64,000 nt of DNA from Macrostomum lignano. Lineage: Eukaryota. The DNA is taken from assembly GCA_002269645.1 (NCBI GenBank), contig NIVC01000424.1:124001-188000 (forward strand). Direction: 5' to 3'. Both the position numbers and the translations under genes were made by a program. The notes beneath the pieces were generated by a model, which was given only the letters and a program-made list of their open reading frames with translations, ran no database searches and was not told where the DNA came from. Each line of letters begins with the position of its first letter. The first letter of the stretch is position 1. Below are positions 27,401-38,504 of the stretch, in pieces.

Positions 27401-29039
27401 TACCGCTGAATATAGCTACTGTCAGTAACAAGTTGAGTAAACAATCTTTAATTATGCTCATGCAATATAAAAGTAATTTATTTTGTTTAATAGTTAGTTT
27501 GTAATCTCGATTGCACAAAAAGCAGTAAATTGTTGTTGCCAAACCACTTGAGACGAGGAGAGAGTAAGAGAGAAGAGATCTCAGAAGGCATAAACCTTAA
27601 GAAAGCTTGGATTGCAATTGTGAAGTTTCAAAGGACCCAAAGGTTAGATAGACAGGCTTTGTAGGCTGTCTGTGGCCTGTGGGTTGAAGTTTACTGACCC
27701 CCGACTTAGAGTGCAGTGTTAGGCCAGTTTATTAGTAACTAAATTGATCACAATTGTGACTATGATTATATGAATTCGTGACCTTATTCATCATTGTGAT
27801 TTCCTAGAGCTTGTTTAAAAGGTTGTGAATGAGGGTTTGCTTTTTTTATTTCTTCCACTTAGAATTTGATCTACCACTTCTATCATAGCAAACACAGATA
27901 ATAAAGCATGTACAATGATAGAACTACTATCATAGCAAAATTGCAGCTTTTAAAGTTTTGTAACTTTTGCATTAAGTCTGGGGATATAACTTTCCCAATT
28001 TTTATTACCTTAGAAAACATTTTCTAGCTAGATAAAGCATAAACAATGATAGATTATTTTTGAAAAATACAAGTTTTTCCTTTCATTAAATTTCTACCTT
28101 GGACTATACTGAATTAGGCTCTTAAGCCTAATAACTTTTTGACCCCTATTTGAGTCACTAAAATCTTGTCTTTCATAGCTTAAATCTAAAATATTAAGAA
28201 TTAGAGAATTTAAACCATTAAATTTGAGCTCCTATTGCAGCTAAGGTCTGAACTGCACTGGATGCCCTCCTTTGTCATGCTAAATCATGTCAGTGCTAGA
28301 CCCCAATTGCACTGCCAAGGGCCAATCTGTGCTAGACATTGTAAACAATATGAACCATTGGCTGCAATAGAGACATAAGTTTATTTATTTTTTGAGATTT
28401 TAAATAGCTAAAAAATCACTTTAAAGATTTATTATTTGATTGTTTAAAAGCTAGCACAATCTAAGTGGAAACAAATCCAGGCCATTTGCATATGGAATAT
28501 AAGATATAATATAATAATAGCTTTTATATATAAGAAATCTAATTAATAGTAATATGTTTTTTAATTAATAAATTAATTATTAACTATGTTTTTTACTTGA
28601 TTATATCCTGTTTAAAGCTCCTAATAATGGGATAAATAAAGTCCCACTTCAATGAGACCATGCTGCTAAGCTGCCATTATAATAGCAGGCTATGCAGTCA
28701 TAAGAACTTTTTGCTTGTCTAGACCAGCTGGTTCTAAAAATGCTGAACTTTCCACCTAGACCTAGGGCAGTCACCCAGCAGTCTTGGGACAGCAGAACCA
28801 AGCTGAACATGGTGTACTTCACTGATAGCTATGTTAAATGGCATGGAAGCCTTTCTAATATAGCAATTACAAAATTGTATAGTTGGCCTATTGGCTATAT
28901 CTTTTGCATATTCTTAATCTTATGTAGCAAAGCCATTAAACAGCTACTATAGAACAATTAGCTTTAGTCTACTAGATATTTTTTAAGTAAATCTTAAGTA
29001 GATTTTATAAATTCTACAGCATTCTATTAAACAGGATAC

Positions 29040-29812
29040 AAAAATGCAAGCCCAGCTCTATACAATGACTAGTGCCACAAAGGAGCTGGCTGGTTTCACA
29101 AGAACCCATGGGTTGTTGCATATCTTCCTGTCCAGATGCACAGCTTAATGGCTTTTTTGGCTGGTTCTATTTGTAACTACCTTGATTGGCTTGATTGGCT
29201 TGATTGGCTGCACCATCCACTTGACCAAGTTGTTGCAGAAGTTCACCAAGCACTCTATTGAGTTGCAGCTGAAGTTGAAAAGCAAATGAGCCCAGTCTAG
29301 ATTATAATAGGTTGCAGGTTATAATCTGCAACTTCAAGCCTGCTTCTATATCCTTGACTCTATATGATGATTATCATGATTACTTGAAAACTATTGAGGA
29401 AACTTTGACAACTGGTTCAAATAGGACACCAAAAAGTGCCTGCAAGAATTGGATAAAAGCTACTAACCCAAATCAACTTAAGAAGATATGCAAGCTCCTA
29501 GATGTGATATAGGTGTTGGATAACACCATAGATATCTCCCACCTCAACAAGACCATGCTGCTAAGCTGCCACTATAGTAGCAAGCTATGCAGTCACAAGA
29601 ACTTGTTGCTTGTCTAAACTAGCCAGTTCTAAAACTGCTACATATTCACCTGGACCCAGGACAGTTGTCCAATGGTCCTAGGGACAAGACAGCCAAGAGC
29701 TAGACATGGTGCTTTTTACTAGTGGCTACTTTGAATGGCACAGAAGCCTTTCTGATATAGCAATTAGTGGGCCCATTAGCTAAATCTCTTACATATTTTT
29801 ATGTAACAAAGC
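29040..29812 (+). pseudogene. Decayed coding-like sequence of unknown family within the CpG-free tract
   Basis: Protein-like stretches (DQVVAEVHQALY*VAAEVEKQM; DYHDYLKTIEETL...KKICKLLDVI*VLDN) broken by TGA and TAG stops that could derive from CGA and CAG. Confidence 0.3.
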
Positions 29813-30019
29813 AACCAACTAGGTAGCTGCTATATAACCTATATTTATTTTTGTGCAATAGGAATGCTATATAATATTGTGACTTTCCAAACTGCATCCT
29901 TAAATTGGACCTTGGATGCAATTTTATATCTTAGTACTACCAAAGAACCCAGTGCAAAAAAATTTGCCTCAGTCTATTGTATGGCGCATTTTCTTTTACA
30001 AGTCAAAAAGCTACCTAAT

Positions 30020-33000
30020 GAATCAGACTAGGTTTGTAGACATGGTCTCAAGCATATTTCTAAAGACTTTAAGACAAGATAACTGTATTGATTCTGGCTA
30101 AAAATAAGCTTGCACCTAGCTAGTACAAATCAACTAGTACCTATAGCTATTCCATTTGCCACTGACAAGGAGAAAGGTTATGAAACTGATTCTTCAGTTC
30201 CAAATATCAACGAGGAATCAAGAGACAAAGATCTAGGTACCATTGCTATAGAACAAGGTCTAAACCAAGAGCATATGGCTATGTTGCCCTGTCATAGCAC
30301 CTATACATGCTATGCACTTGATCACTTTTTACTTTGATTGACTTATAGACAATTCTTGACCCTATTGGAATAAATTCTTAGTGTTTAGCATAACACAACA
30401 CACTTTGTATACTATTTGTATACTGCAATCTAGGGGGCAAATGGGTAAATAGCAAGAGTAACTATGAATAAGTTACTTTATCAGCTAATATTTAATAGTT
30501 TAATCCTATACAATTTGTCTGATTTTTATTAAACAAATGATAGTAGGCCTATTGACAATGATCAACTTGCCTAAGACCTCTTATAAGTTAAGAGTCTTAA
30601 GTTTTTTAATTTAGCTAGGCCTAATAAGCAGCTTATTATTTTCACTTAGTAGAAATTTACAAACGTAAAAAATATTAAACTTTGCATATCTTCTCACCTT
30701 GGCCTGCAGACTAACTATTATTAAAATGTTTTTTGAACTAAAATTGCTATGAAAAATTGGTAGCTTTTCAAGACTATGAAGATGATAAAAGCCTTCTGCA
30801 ATTTGGTGTAGGGCCTAGCTAGAAGGATAACATAAGTTATGTTTGTTACAGGTCCTCCAATATGCTATTACTTTTATGTGCCACTTTTCCAACATATGCT
30901 ACTTTTTGGAGTGCTGCCCCTTAGCCCATCTGGTATATCATCTTTTAACCCTTTTCAAGGCTTTTGGTATACCATGCTACATTAGAAAGGTGCACTTTTT
31001 GAAGTATACTAGATAGCCACCTATAAAATGTCAATTCTTCCTAAAAGGATTCTTGAGATAAACAAAAACTATTTTACTTAATTATGTAGGCCTACTCAAT
31101 ATAGGCCTAATACTCTGGCATAGGCCTTAGTCATTTCCAATAGTTTAAACAGTTTTTTCTATGATTGTTATTAATGTCTATGCATGAATATTGGCCCTAT
31201 GCCTTTTGTTCCATAAAAAGGACATAATATATTTTATATATACATTAGAGCTCAACCTAGAGCTTTAATGCATTAGGGGGCCTATTGTTTTTCTGTCTTT
31301 GTTATATATTATATGGCTTAAGCTTTGTTCAACTTTTATTCTGTAATTTTTTTGTAAGTCTATAACATTATATTCTTTCTTTTGCAAAGCTTCTTTTTTA
31401 ATTTCATTCTACTTTTCCCTTAAGACCCTACCTATAGTATTGCTACATGCTCAAGATTTCTATTGTAACTATCAAATACAAATGATAACCTTGTATTGCT
31501 TATCACTATAATCATATCAAAAAGCGAAGGCCTAGGCCTATTAAAAGCAACTTGGTTAGGCCCTAGCCATGTTGTCTAAAATGATTTAAAGATGCTTTTT
31601 CTAAATAGAATTTGACAAATATTTGATAATAATAATTATCATCTATAATTTGATTGAATATATATAGATGCTATCTTCAAAGCGTTAAGGTATAAAAAGT
31701 AGGCCTAGGCCTAGTAAGCTAGCTAAGCCTAAGCCACAGCTATTGCATGGCACATCTACAGACTGCACTGCTGCACACAGCTGTTTCTGTTTAGTCCAAG
31801 AACTGGAGGCGGGGGTCGACACACATCCTTAATTACCCCAGCTAATGCTGGTAGCTACCCATTTGATAGCTGTGTCGGTGTCGTCGGTAAACTGAAGCAA
31901 TGCAACTCAGACAGAGTTAGGCCCTACCTAGGTCCTAAGTGTCTTGCTCAAGGACACAAATTGTTCCAGTGGGATCGGGAATTGAACCCCACTTTGAATC
32001 ATAAAGGCATCATCATTTAATTCTCAAATAGAGGCTTATTATTAATAAATGAACCCTGCAAAGCTCATCAGTCATCAGTCATCACTCATCAGCAAACGAG
32101 ACGAGCCATTGACTAAGTCATTGAAGTGCCCGCAGGCCGCAGTTGGGTGGATAGTTAGATGATGATCTTGGATTTCTAACAGCAAATTTTATAGATAGTC
32201 ATCAATAGTCAATAGGCATGCCAAACCCCCCACGATGTGAATCTATCCAACTCAGGACTAGGCACTTAGCACAATTAGCCCGTTAGCCGCGGCTGTTTAA
32301 AACGTCGTCGGTTGAAAAACCGTTTAAATATGGTTCGCAAAAATGACAAAATCGCAAGCGAAACTCCTTCAAACACCTCAAAAAGCAATGCTTACTTAAT
32401 TTATTTAAATAAAGAGTAAGTGAGTACTTTTAGCTTACATTGCATAATAAAATTTTTGAAGTAGTTTATTAGACTAGTGCACCTTTTGGCGCAAATTTGA
32501 ACTGAAATTTTGATTAACACAGGTATTAATTTATATGGAATCTGGATGGATTGATCGTCACAACATCCTTAGACAGCTGATTTTTTTGTTTTTTAACAAC
32601 TATTTCGCAAATTTATTACAAAACCCTACCCGAGGCTATATAGTCGAGGCGATTAATTTTGAGTTGACAGCTGACAGCATGTACACTGTACACATATACA
32701 CGTCACACAGCTAGCTGCTGCAGCTGCAGCAATACTAGCCCACCTACTCATCAGCAAAAGTGCACTTGCTGTAGAAAAAATTCACTGAAGACAGAGTAAA
32801 ATAACTGTGATAACGGACTAGCTATATTAGTGCCTTTTAATTAAATCTCGTCGAACTGTCAAAGCCAATAACATGTACATGCACATGTACTGATGTACTT
32901 ACATGTACATCAGTGCATGTAAGCTGGAACCAAAAGCTTTAATGACACTCAACCACCAGGCTGCGTTAGACACCGATCTGCATGTGTCGAACTTCAACAA

Positions 33001-33025
33001 ATTTCCGATTCTGGTCCGGCTTACT
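30020..33025. repeat. 3,006-bp direct duplication, copy 1
   Basis: gaatcagactagg...ctggtccggcttact recurs at a constant offset of 5479 at both ends. Spot checks were identical, including the duplicated 75-aa ORF at 30110 and 35589. Confidence 0.95.
31840..32010 (-). mobile_element. tRNA-derived SINE remnant (CORE/MIR-like central domain)
   Basis: Minus strand reads gggttcaattcccg (B box), then tgtgtccttgagcaagacacttag and aaatgggtagc, segments typical of conserved-domain SINEs. Confidence 0.55.
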
Positions 33026-35498
33026 TACTTACTTACTACTGACGGGGGGCGCAGGCGCCGCGAATAGGCCGCGAGGCCCCTATCGCAACCCCAAGGTAAA
33101 AGAGCACAAGGATTAGCCTTGGGGGTGCGCCCAGTCCCCGCCAGTAGTCGGCAGGTCCGCAGTGGAGGCATCGGCGACCCTCATCCGGCCGGAGTCCCGG
33201 ACGAAGGCGCGGAGGTCTCGGATATTGTCCGCGGTGGTCAGCTCGTCCATCCGCTGGGGGTGGCCGAGGTATTTGTGCCGCGCCTTGTTGAAGTAAGGGC
33301 AGAAGGTGACGTGATGCTCCGCGGTCTCCTCTCCTATGCCACAGAAGGGACAGGTGGGAGGGCAACCGGTTTGCAACGATATATGTCTCTGGAAGAATCC
33401 GTGGCCGGTTAGGACCATGCACATCTCCCTGAGGTCGGTTCTGTTAAGCGAAATCAGATAATCAGAGACTTTCCTGTTCAGGTTAGGCATGGCAGAGCGG
33501 CTCTGCCTGTACTCGGTGCAGCTGTTCCAGTGGAGCTGGTGCTGCTGATGGAGCCACCTGTTGATATGGCGGGTGACTTGCGACCTGGGGGTGGGTAGCC
33601 TCATCAGACGGTGGTTGCCGTCTGGGTTGCTGCCCTCCTTGGCGAGAGAGTCCGCGAGCTCGTTGCCCAGGATGTTGCTGTGACCAGGTGTCCAGATAAT
33701 TCTAATCCTGTTAAGGACTGAGAGAGATTGCACACTGCGGTGGCATTGAGATACTGTAGCAGCGGAGATATTCTCAGTGGTTAAGGCCTTAATAGCAGCT
33801 TGGCTATCAGTGTAGAAATTAATGTCAAAATTATTAATGTTCGCCTGAAACAGTTGCTGGGCACACTGCTCAATGGCGCAAATTTCAGCTTGGAAAACTG
33901 AGGTGTTCTCACCGAGGTGCAGACTTTCCTGGAGAAGCATCTTACCCTCGTGGAAAATGGCAATACCCGCTCCAGCGCGGCCGTTGAACAGCGAGCCGTC
34001 GGTGAAGCAGTGAATGCCCTGGCTGCGCCGGTTCACACCGACATCCAGCGGAATGTTGTCTCGGCCAGGGATGGCGGTCTTGAAGCCCCTCCTGATGTTG
34101 AGGGCGGGAGGTCGACTATCCACATTGCCCAGGTCCATGTGGATGTTGTTAAGGTCGCGGCGGACAAAGTCCATATGCGGGATTAATGTTTTCATTGGCA
34201 TAAAGCCAGAGGGCGCGTTATTTAACGTTTTATCTCTGATAAGCCGGGAGGCAGACTTCATAGCCTCCGCCCTAATAAATAGGTGAAGCGGAGGTAGGTT
34301 AAGGATAGTGTTCAGCCCCTCGTAAGGGGTGGACGGGTACGCACCTGTGATGGCACGGCAAATGCTGCCCTGAAGCTGGTACAGCCGCTGACGGGCGGCC
34401 TTCTGCTCCAGCACGCTAGTCCAGATGAGACTCGCGTATGTGATACTGGGCCGGATGATGCCGGTATAAATCCAACGGACCGTTCTAGGCGAGAGGCCCC
34501 AAGTCGGCCCGATGGCTCTGCGCAGCTGGGCAAAGCAGCGTTTTGCCCGACCGATGACGTTATCAAGGTGCTTCGTCCAGCGCAGGTCATGCGTTAGCGT
34601 CACACCGAGGTATTTGACCTCCTTCTTGAAGGGGATGTTTCTGCCATAGACAGTGAGGTTTTTCATCTCCCATTTACGGCGCTTGGTGAAAACGACAGCG
34701 ACAGTCTTAGTGACGCTGATTTTTAGGCCATGCTGTGTAGCCCAGTCGGCCGCCTTGTCGGCGAATTGCTGCATCAGGTTGCGCAGAGTGGCGGGGTCGT
34801 GTCCGCTGACGACCGCGGCAACGTCATCGGCGTAGCCCGCCCTGGTGATACTGCTGGGAATGTCAGCGGTTAGAAGTTCGTCCATGACGAGATTCCAGAG
34901 AAGTGGAGTTAGCACGCCACCTTGCGGGCCGCCTTTCATCACCGCCCGGGTGAGGGTAACGCCCATAAGTGTGGATGTCACAAACCTTTTGCGGATCATA
35001 AAATAAATCCAGCGAACAATGCTGTGTCTTACATTCCTGCGGGAAAGAGAATTTCTGAAGGAGCGGAAGAGGACATTGTCAAATGCTCCTTCGAAGTCAA
35101 CGAACAACCCGCAAGCGAGTTGTTTGCTAAGGATGGCACTCTCAATTTTGGAGGTAATGGCGTGGAGAGCATGCTCAGTCGTCCTCCCAGGCTGGAAGGC
35201 GTACTGGTACTTACTGACAGGGTCGGAGCGCAGGTCGCACTCTCGAAGCCTCCACAGGATGAGCCTCTCCATCAGCTTAACACAAAAGGAAGTGAGGCTG
35301 ATGGGCCGGAAGGATTTCACGTTGGTGTAGTCACCCTTAGCAGGTTTCGGGATGAACACGACTCTGGACATTCTCCAGATTGTGGGAATGTAACCTGTGG
35401 TATAACAGTCAACAAGCAATTTAGAGAAAGAATCAGCAAAGTTTTGCAGCTTTAGCGCCTCCTGCAGGATACAGGGGGCGATATTGTCAGGGCCAGAC
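33026..35498 (-). mobile_element. 5'-truncated non-LTR retrotransposon with RT, RNase H and Zn knuckle (I/R1/LOA-like group), ending in a (TAAG)n tail
   Basis: Begins at SSGPDNI (the GPDG motif at the start of RT); contains [31 protein letters not shown], RNase H FTDGS...FQAEICAI...TDSQAA...WTPGH...GNELAD and CPFCG...[10 protein letters not shown]. Short 3' UTR, then gtagtaagtaagtaagtaag. Much more GC- and CpG-rich than its flanks. Confidence 0.95.
33113..35419 (-). CDS. ORF2 remnant of the retrotransposon (RT-RNase H-CCHC), uninterrupted
   Basis: 768-aa ORF in the track. The frame stays open upstream to the 5' junction at about 35500. No APE endonuclease domain is present. Confidence 0.9.
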   Translation of the reverse strand: MLVDCYTTGYIPTIWRMSRVVFIPKPAKGDYTNVKSFRPISLTSFCVKLMERLILWRLRECDLRSDPVSKYQYAFQPGRTTEHALHAITSKIESAILSKQLACGLFVDFEGAFDNVLFRSFRNSLSRRNVRHSIVRWIYFMIRKRFVTSTLMGVTLTRAVMKGGPQGGVLTPLLWNLVMDELLTADIPSSITRAGYADDVAAVVSGHDPATLRNLMQQFADKAADWATQHGLKISVTKTVAVVFTKRRKWEMKNLTVYGRNIPFKKEVKYLGVTLTHDLRWTKHLDNVIGRAKRCFAQLRRAIGPTWGLSPRTVRWIYTGIIRPSITYASLIWTSVLEQKAARQRLYQLQGSICRAITGAYPSTPYEGLNTILNLPPLHLFIRAEAMKSASRLIRDKTLNNAPSGFMPMKTLIPHMDFVRRDLNNIHMDLGNVDSRPPALNIRRGFKTAIPGRDNIPLDVGVNRRSQGIHCFTDGSLFNGRAGAGIAIFHEGKMLLQESLHLGENTSVFQAEICAIEQCAQQLFQANINNFDINFYTDSQAAIKALTTENISAATVSQCHRSVQSLSVLNRIRIIWTPGHSNILGNELADSLAKEGSNPDGNHRLMRLPTPRSQVTRHINRWLHQQHQLHWNSCTEYRQSRSAMPNLNRKVSDYLISLNRTDLREMCMVLTGHGFFQRHISLQTGCPPTCPFCGIGEETAEHHVTFCPYFNKARHKYLGHPQRMDELTTADNIRDLRAFVRDSGRMRVADASTADLPTTGGDWAHPQG

Positions 35499-38400
35499 GA
35501 ATCAGACTAGGTTTGTAGACATGGTCTCAAGCATATTTCTAAAGACTTTAAGACAAGATAACTGTATTGATTCTGGCTAAAAATAAGCTTGCACCTAGCT
35601 AGTACAAATCAACTAGTACCTATAGCTATTCCATTTGCCACTGACAAGGAGAAAGGTTATGAAACTGATTCTTCAGTTCCAAATATCAACGAGGAATCAA
35701 GAGACAAAGATCTAGGTACCATTGCTATAGAACAAGGTCTAAACCAAGAGCATATGGCTATGTTGCCCTGTCATAGCACCTATACATGCTATGCACTTGA
35801 TCACTTTTTACTTTGATTGACTTATAGACAATTCTTGACCCTATTGGAATAAATTCTTAGTGTTTAGCATAACACAACACACTTTGTATACTATTTGTAT
35901 ACTGCAATCTAGGGGGCAAATGGGTAAATAGCAAGAGTAACTATGAATAAGTTACTTTATCAGCTAATATTTAATAGTTTAATCCTATACAATTTGTCTG
36001 ATTTTTATTAAACAAATGATAGTAGGCCTATTGACAATGATCAACTTGCCTAAGACCTCTTATAAGTTAAGAGTCTTAAGTTTTTTAATTTAGCTAGGCC
36101 TAATAAGCAGCTTATTATTTTCACTTAGTAGAAATTTACAAACGTAAAAAATATTAAACTTTGCATATCTTCTCACCTTGGCCTGCAGACTAACTATTAT
36201 TAAAATGTTTTTTGAACTAAAATTGCTATGAAAAATTGGTAGCTTTTCAAGACTATGAAGATGATAAAAGCCTTCTGCAATTTGGTGTAGGGCCTAGCTA
36301 GAAGGATAACATAAGTTATGTTTGTTACAGGTCCTCCAATATGCTATTACTTTTATGTGCCACTTTTCCAACATATGCTACTTTTTGGAGTGCTGCCCCT
36401 TAGCCCATCTGGTATATCATCTTTTAACCCTTTTCAAGGCTTTTGGTATACCATGCTACATTAGAAAGGTGCACTTTTTGAAGTATACTAGATAGCCACC
36501 TATAAAATGTCAATTCTTCCTAAAAGGATTCTTGAGATAAACAAAAACTATTTTACTTAATTATGTAGGCCTACTCAATATAGGCCTAATACTCTGGCAT
36601 AGGCCTTAGTCATTTCCAATAGTTTAAACAGTTTTTTCTATGATTGTTATTAATGTCTATGCATGAATATTGGCCCTATGCCTTTTGTTCCATAAAAAGG
36701 ACATAATATATTTTATATATACATTAGAGCTCAACCTAGAGCTTTAATGCATTAGGGGGCCTATTGTTTTTCTGTCTTTGTTATATATTATATGGCTTAA
36801 GCTTTGTTCAACTTTTATTCTGTAATTTTTTTGTAAGTCTATAACATTATATTCTTTCTTTTGCAAAGCTTCTTTTTTAATTTCATTCTACTTTTCCCTT
36901 AAGACCCTACCTATAGTATTGCTACATGCTCAAGATTTCTATTGTAACTATCAAATACAAATGATAACCTTGTATTGCTTATCACTATAATCATATCAAA
37001 AAGCGAAGGCCTAGGCCTATTAAAAGCAACTTGGTTAGGCCCTAGCCATGTTGTCTAAAATGATTTAAAGATGCTTTTTCTAAATAGAATTTGACAAATA
37101 TTTGATAATAATAATTATCATCTATAATTTGATTGAATATATATAGATGCTATCTTCAAAGCGTTAAGGTATAAAAAGTAGGCCTAGGCCTAGTAAGCTA
37201 GCTAAGCCTAAGCCACAGCTATTGCATGGCACATCTACAGACTGCACTGCTGCACACAGCTGTTTCTGTTTAGTCCAAGAACTGGAGGCGGGGGTCGACA
37301 CACATCCTTAATTACCCCAGCTAATGCTGGTAGCTACCCATTTGATAGCTGTGTCGGTGTCGTCGGTAAACTGAAGCAATGCAACTCAGACAGAGTTAGG
37401 CCCTACCTAGGTCCTAAGTGTCTTGCTCAAGGACACAAATTGTTCCAGTGGGATCGGGAATTGAACCCCACTTTGAATCATAAAGGCATCATCATTTAAT
37501 TCTCAAATAGAGGCTTATTATTAATAAATGAACCCTGCAAAGCTCATCAGTCATCAGTCATCACTCATCAGCAAACGAGACGAGCCATTGACTAAGTCAT
37601 TGAAGTGCCCGCAGGCCGCAGTTGGGTGGATAGTTAGATGATGATCTTGGATTTCTAACAGCAAATTTTATAGATAGTCATCAATAGTCAATAGGCATGC
37701 CAAACCCCCCACGATGTGAATCTATCCAACTCAGGACTAGGCACTTAGCACAATTAGCCCGTTAGCCGCGGCTGTTTAAAACGTCGTCGGTTGAAAAACC
37801 GTTTAAATATGGTTCGCAAAAATGACAAAATCGCAAGCGAAACTCCTTCAAACACCTCAAAAAGCAATGCTTACTTAATTTATTTAAATAAAGAGTAAGT
37901 GAGTACTTTTAGCTTACATTGCATAATAAAATTTTTGAAGTAGTTTATTAGACTAGTGCACCTTTTGGCGCAAATTTGAACTGAAATTTTGATTAACACA
38001 GGTATTAATTTATATGGAATCTGGATGGATTGATCGTCACAACATCCTTAGACAGCTGATTTTTTTGTTTTTTAACAACTATTTCGCAAATTTATTACAA
38101 AACCCTACCCGAGGCTATATAGTCGAGGCGATTAATTTTGAGTTGACAGCTGACAGCATGTACACTGTACACATATACACGTCACACAGCTAGCTGCTGC
38201 AGCTGCAGCAATACTAGCCCACCTACTCATCAGCAAAAGTGCACTTGCTGTAGAAAAAATTCACTGAAGACAGAGTAAAATAACTGTGATAACGGACTAG
38301 CTATATTAGTGCCTTTTAATTAAATCTCGTCGAACTGTCAAAGCCAATAACATGTACATGCACATGTACTGATGTACTTACATGTACATCAGTGCATGTA

Positions 38401-38504
38401 AGCTGGAACCAAAAGCTTTAATGACACTCAACCACCAGGCTGCGTTAGACACCGATCTGCATGTGTCGAACTTCAACAAATTTCCGATTCTGGTCCGGCT
38501 TACT
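35499..38504. repeat. 3,006-bp direct duplication, copy 2
   Basis: Same sequence as 30020-33025; abuts the 5' truncation point of the LINE. Confidence 0.95.
37319..37489 (-). mobile_element. Second copy of the SINE remnant, inside the duplication
   Basis: Identical sequence at offset +5479. Confidence 0.55.

Noticed and set aside
30020-38504. Interpretation as an LTR retrotransposon with 3-kb LTRs
   Set aside because: The RT is non-LTR type with a 3' tandem tail. There are no TG...CA termini, gag, protease, integrase or PBS, and the repeats contain ordinary intergenic DNA and a SINE.
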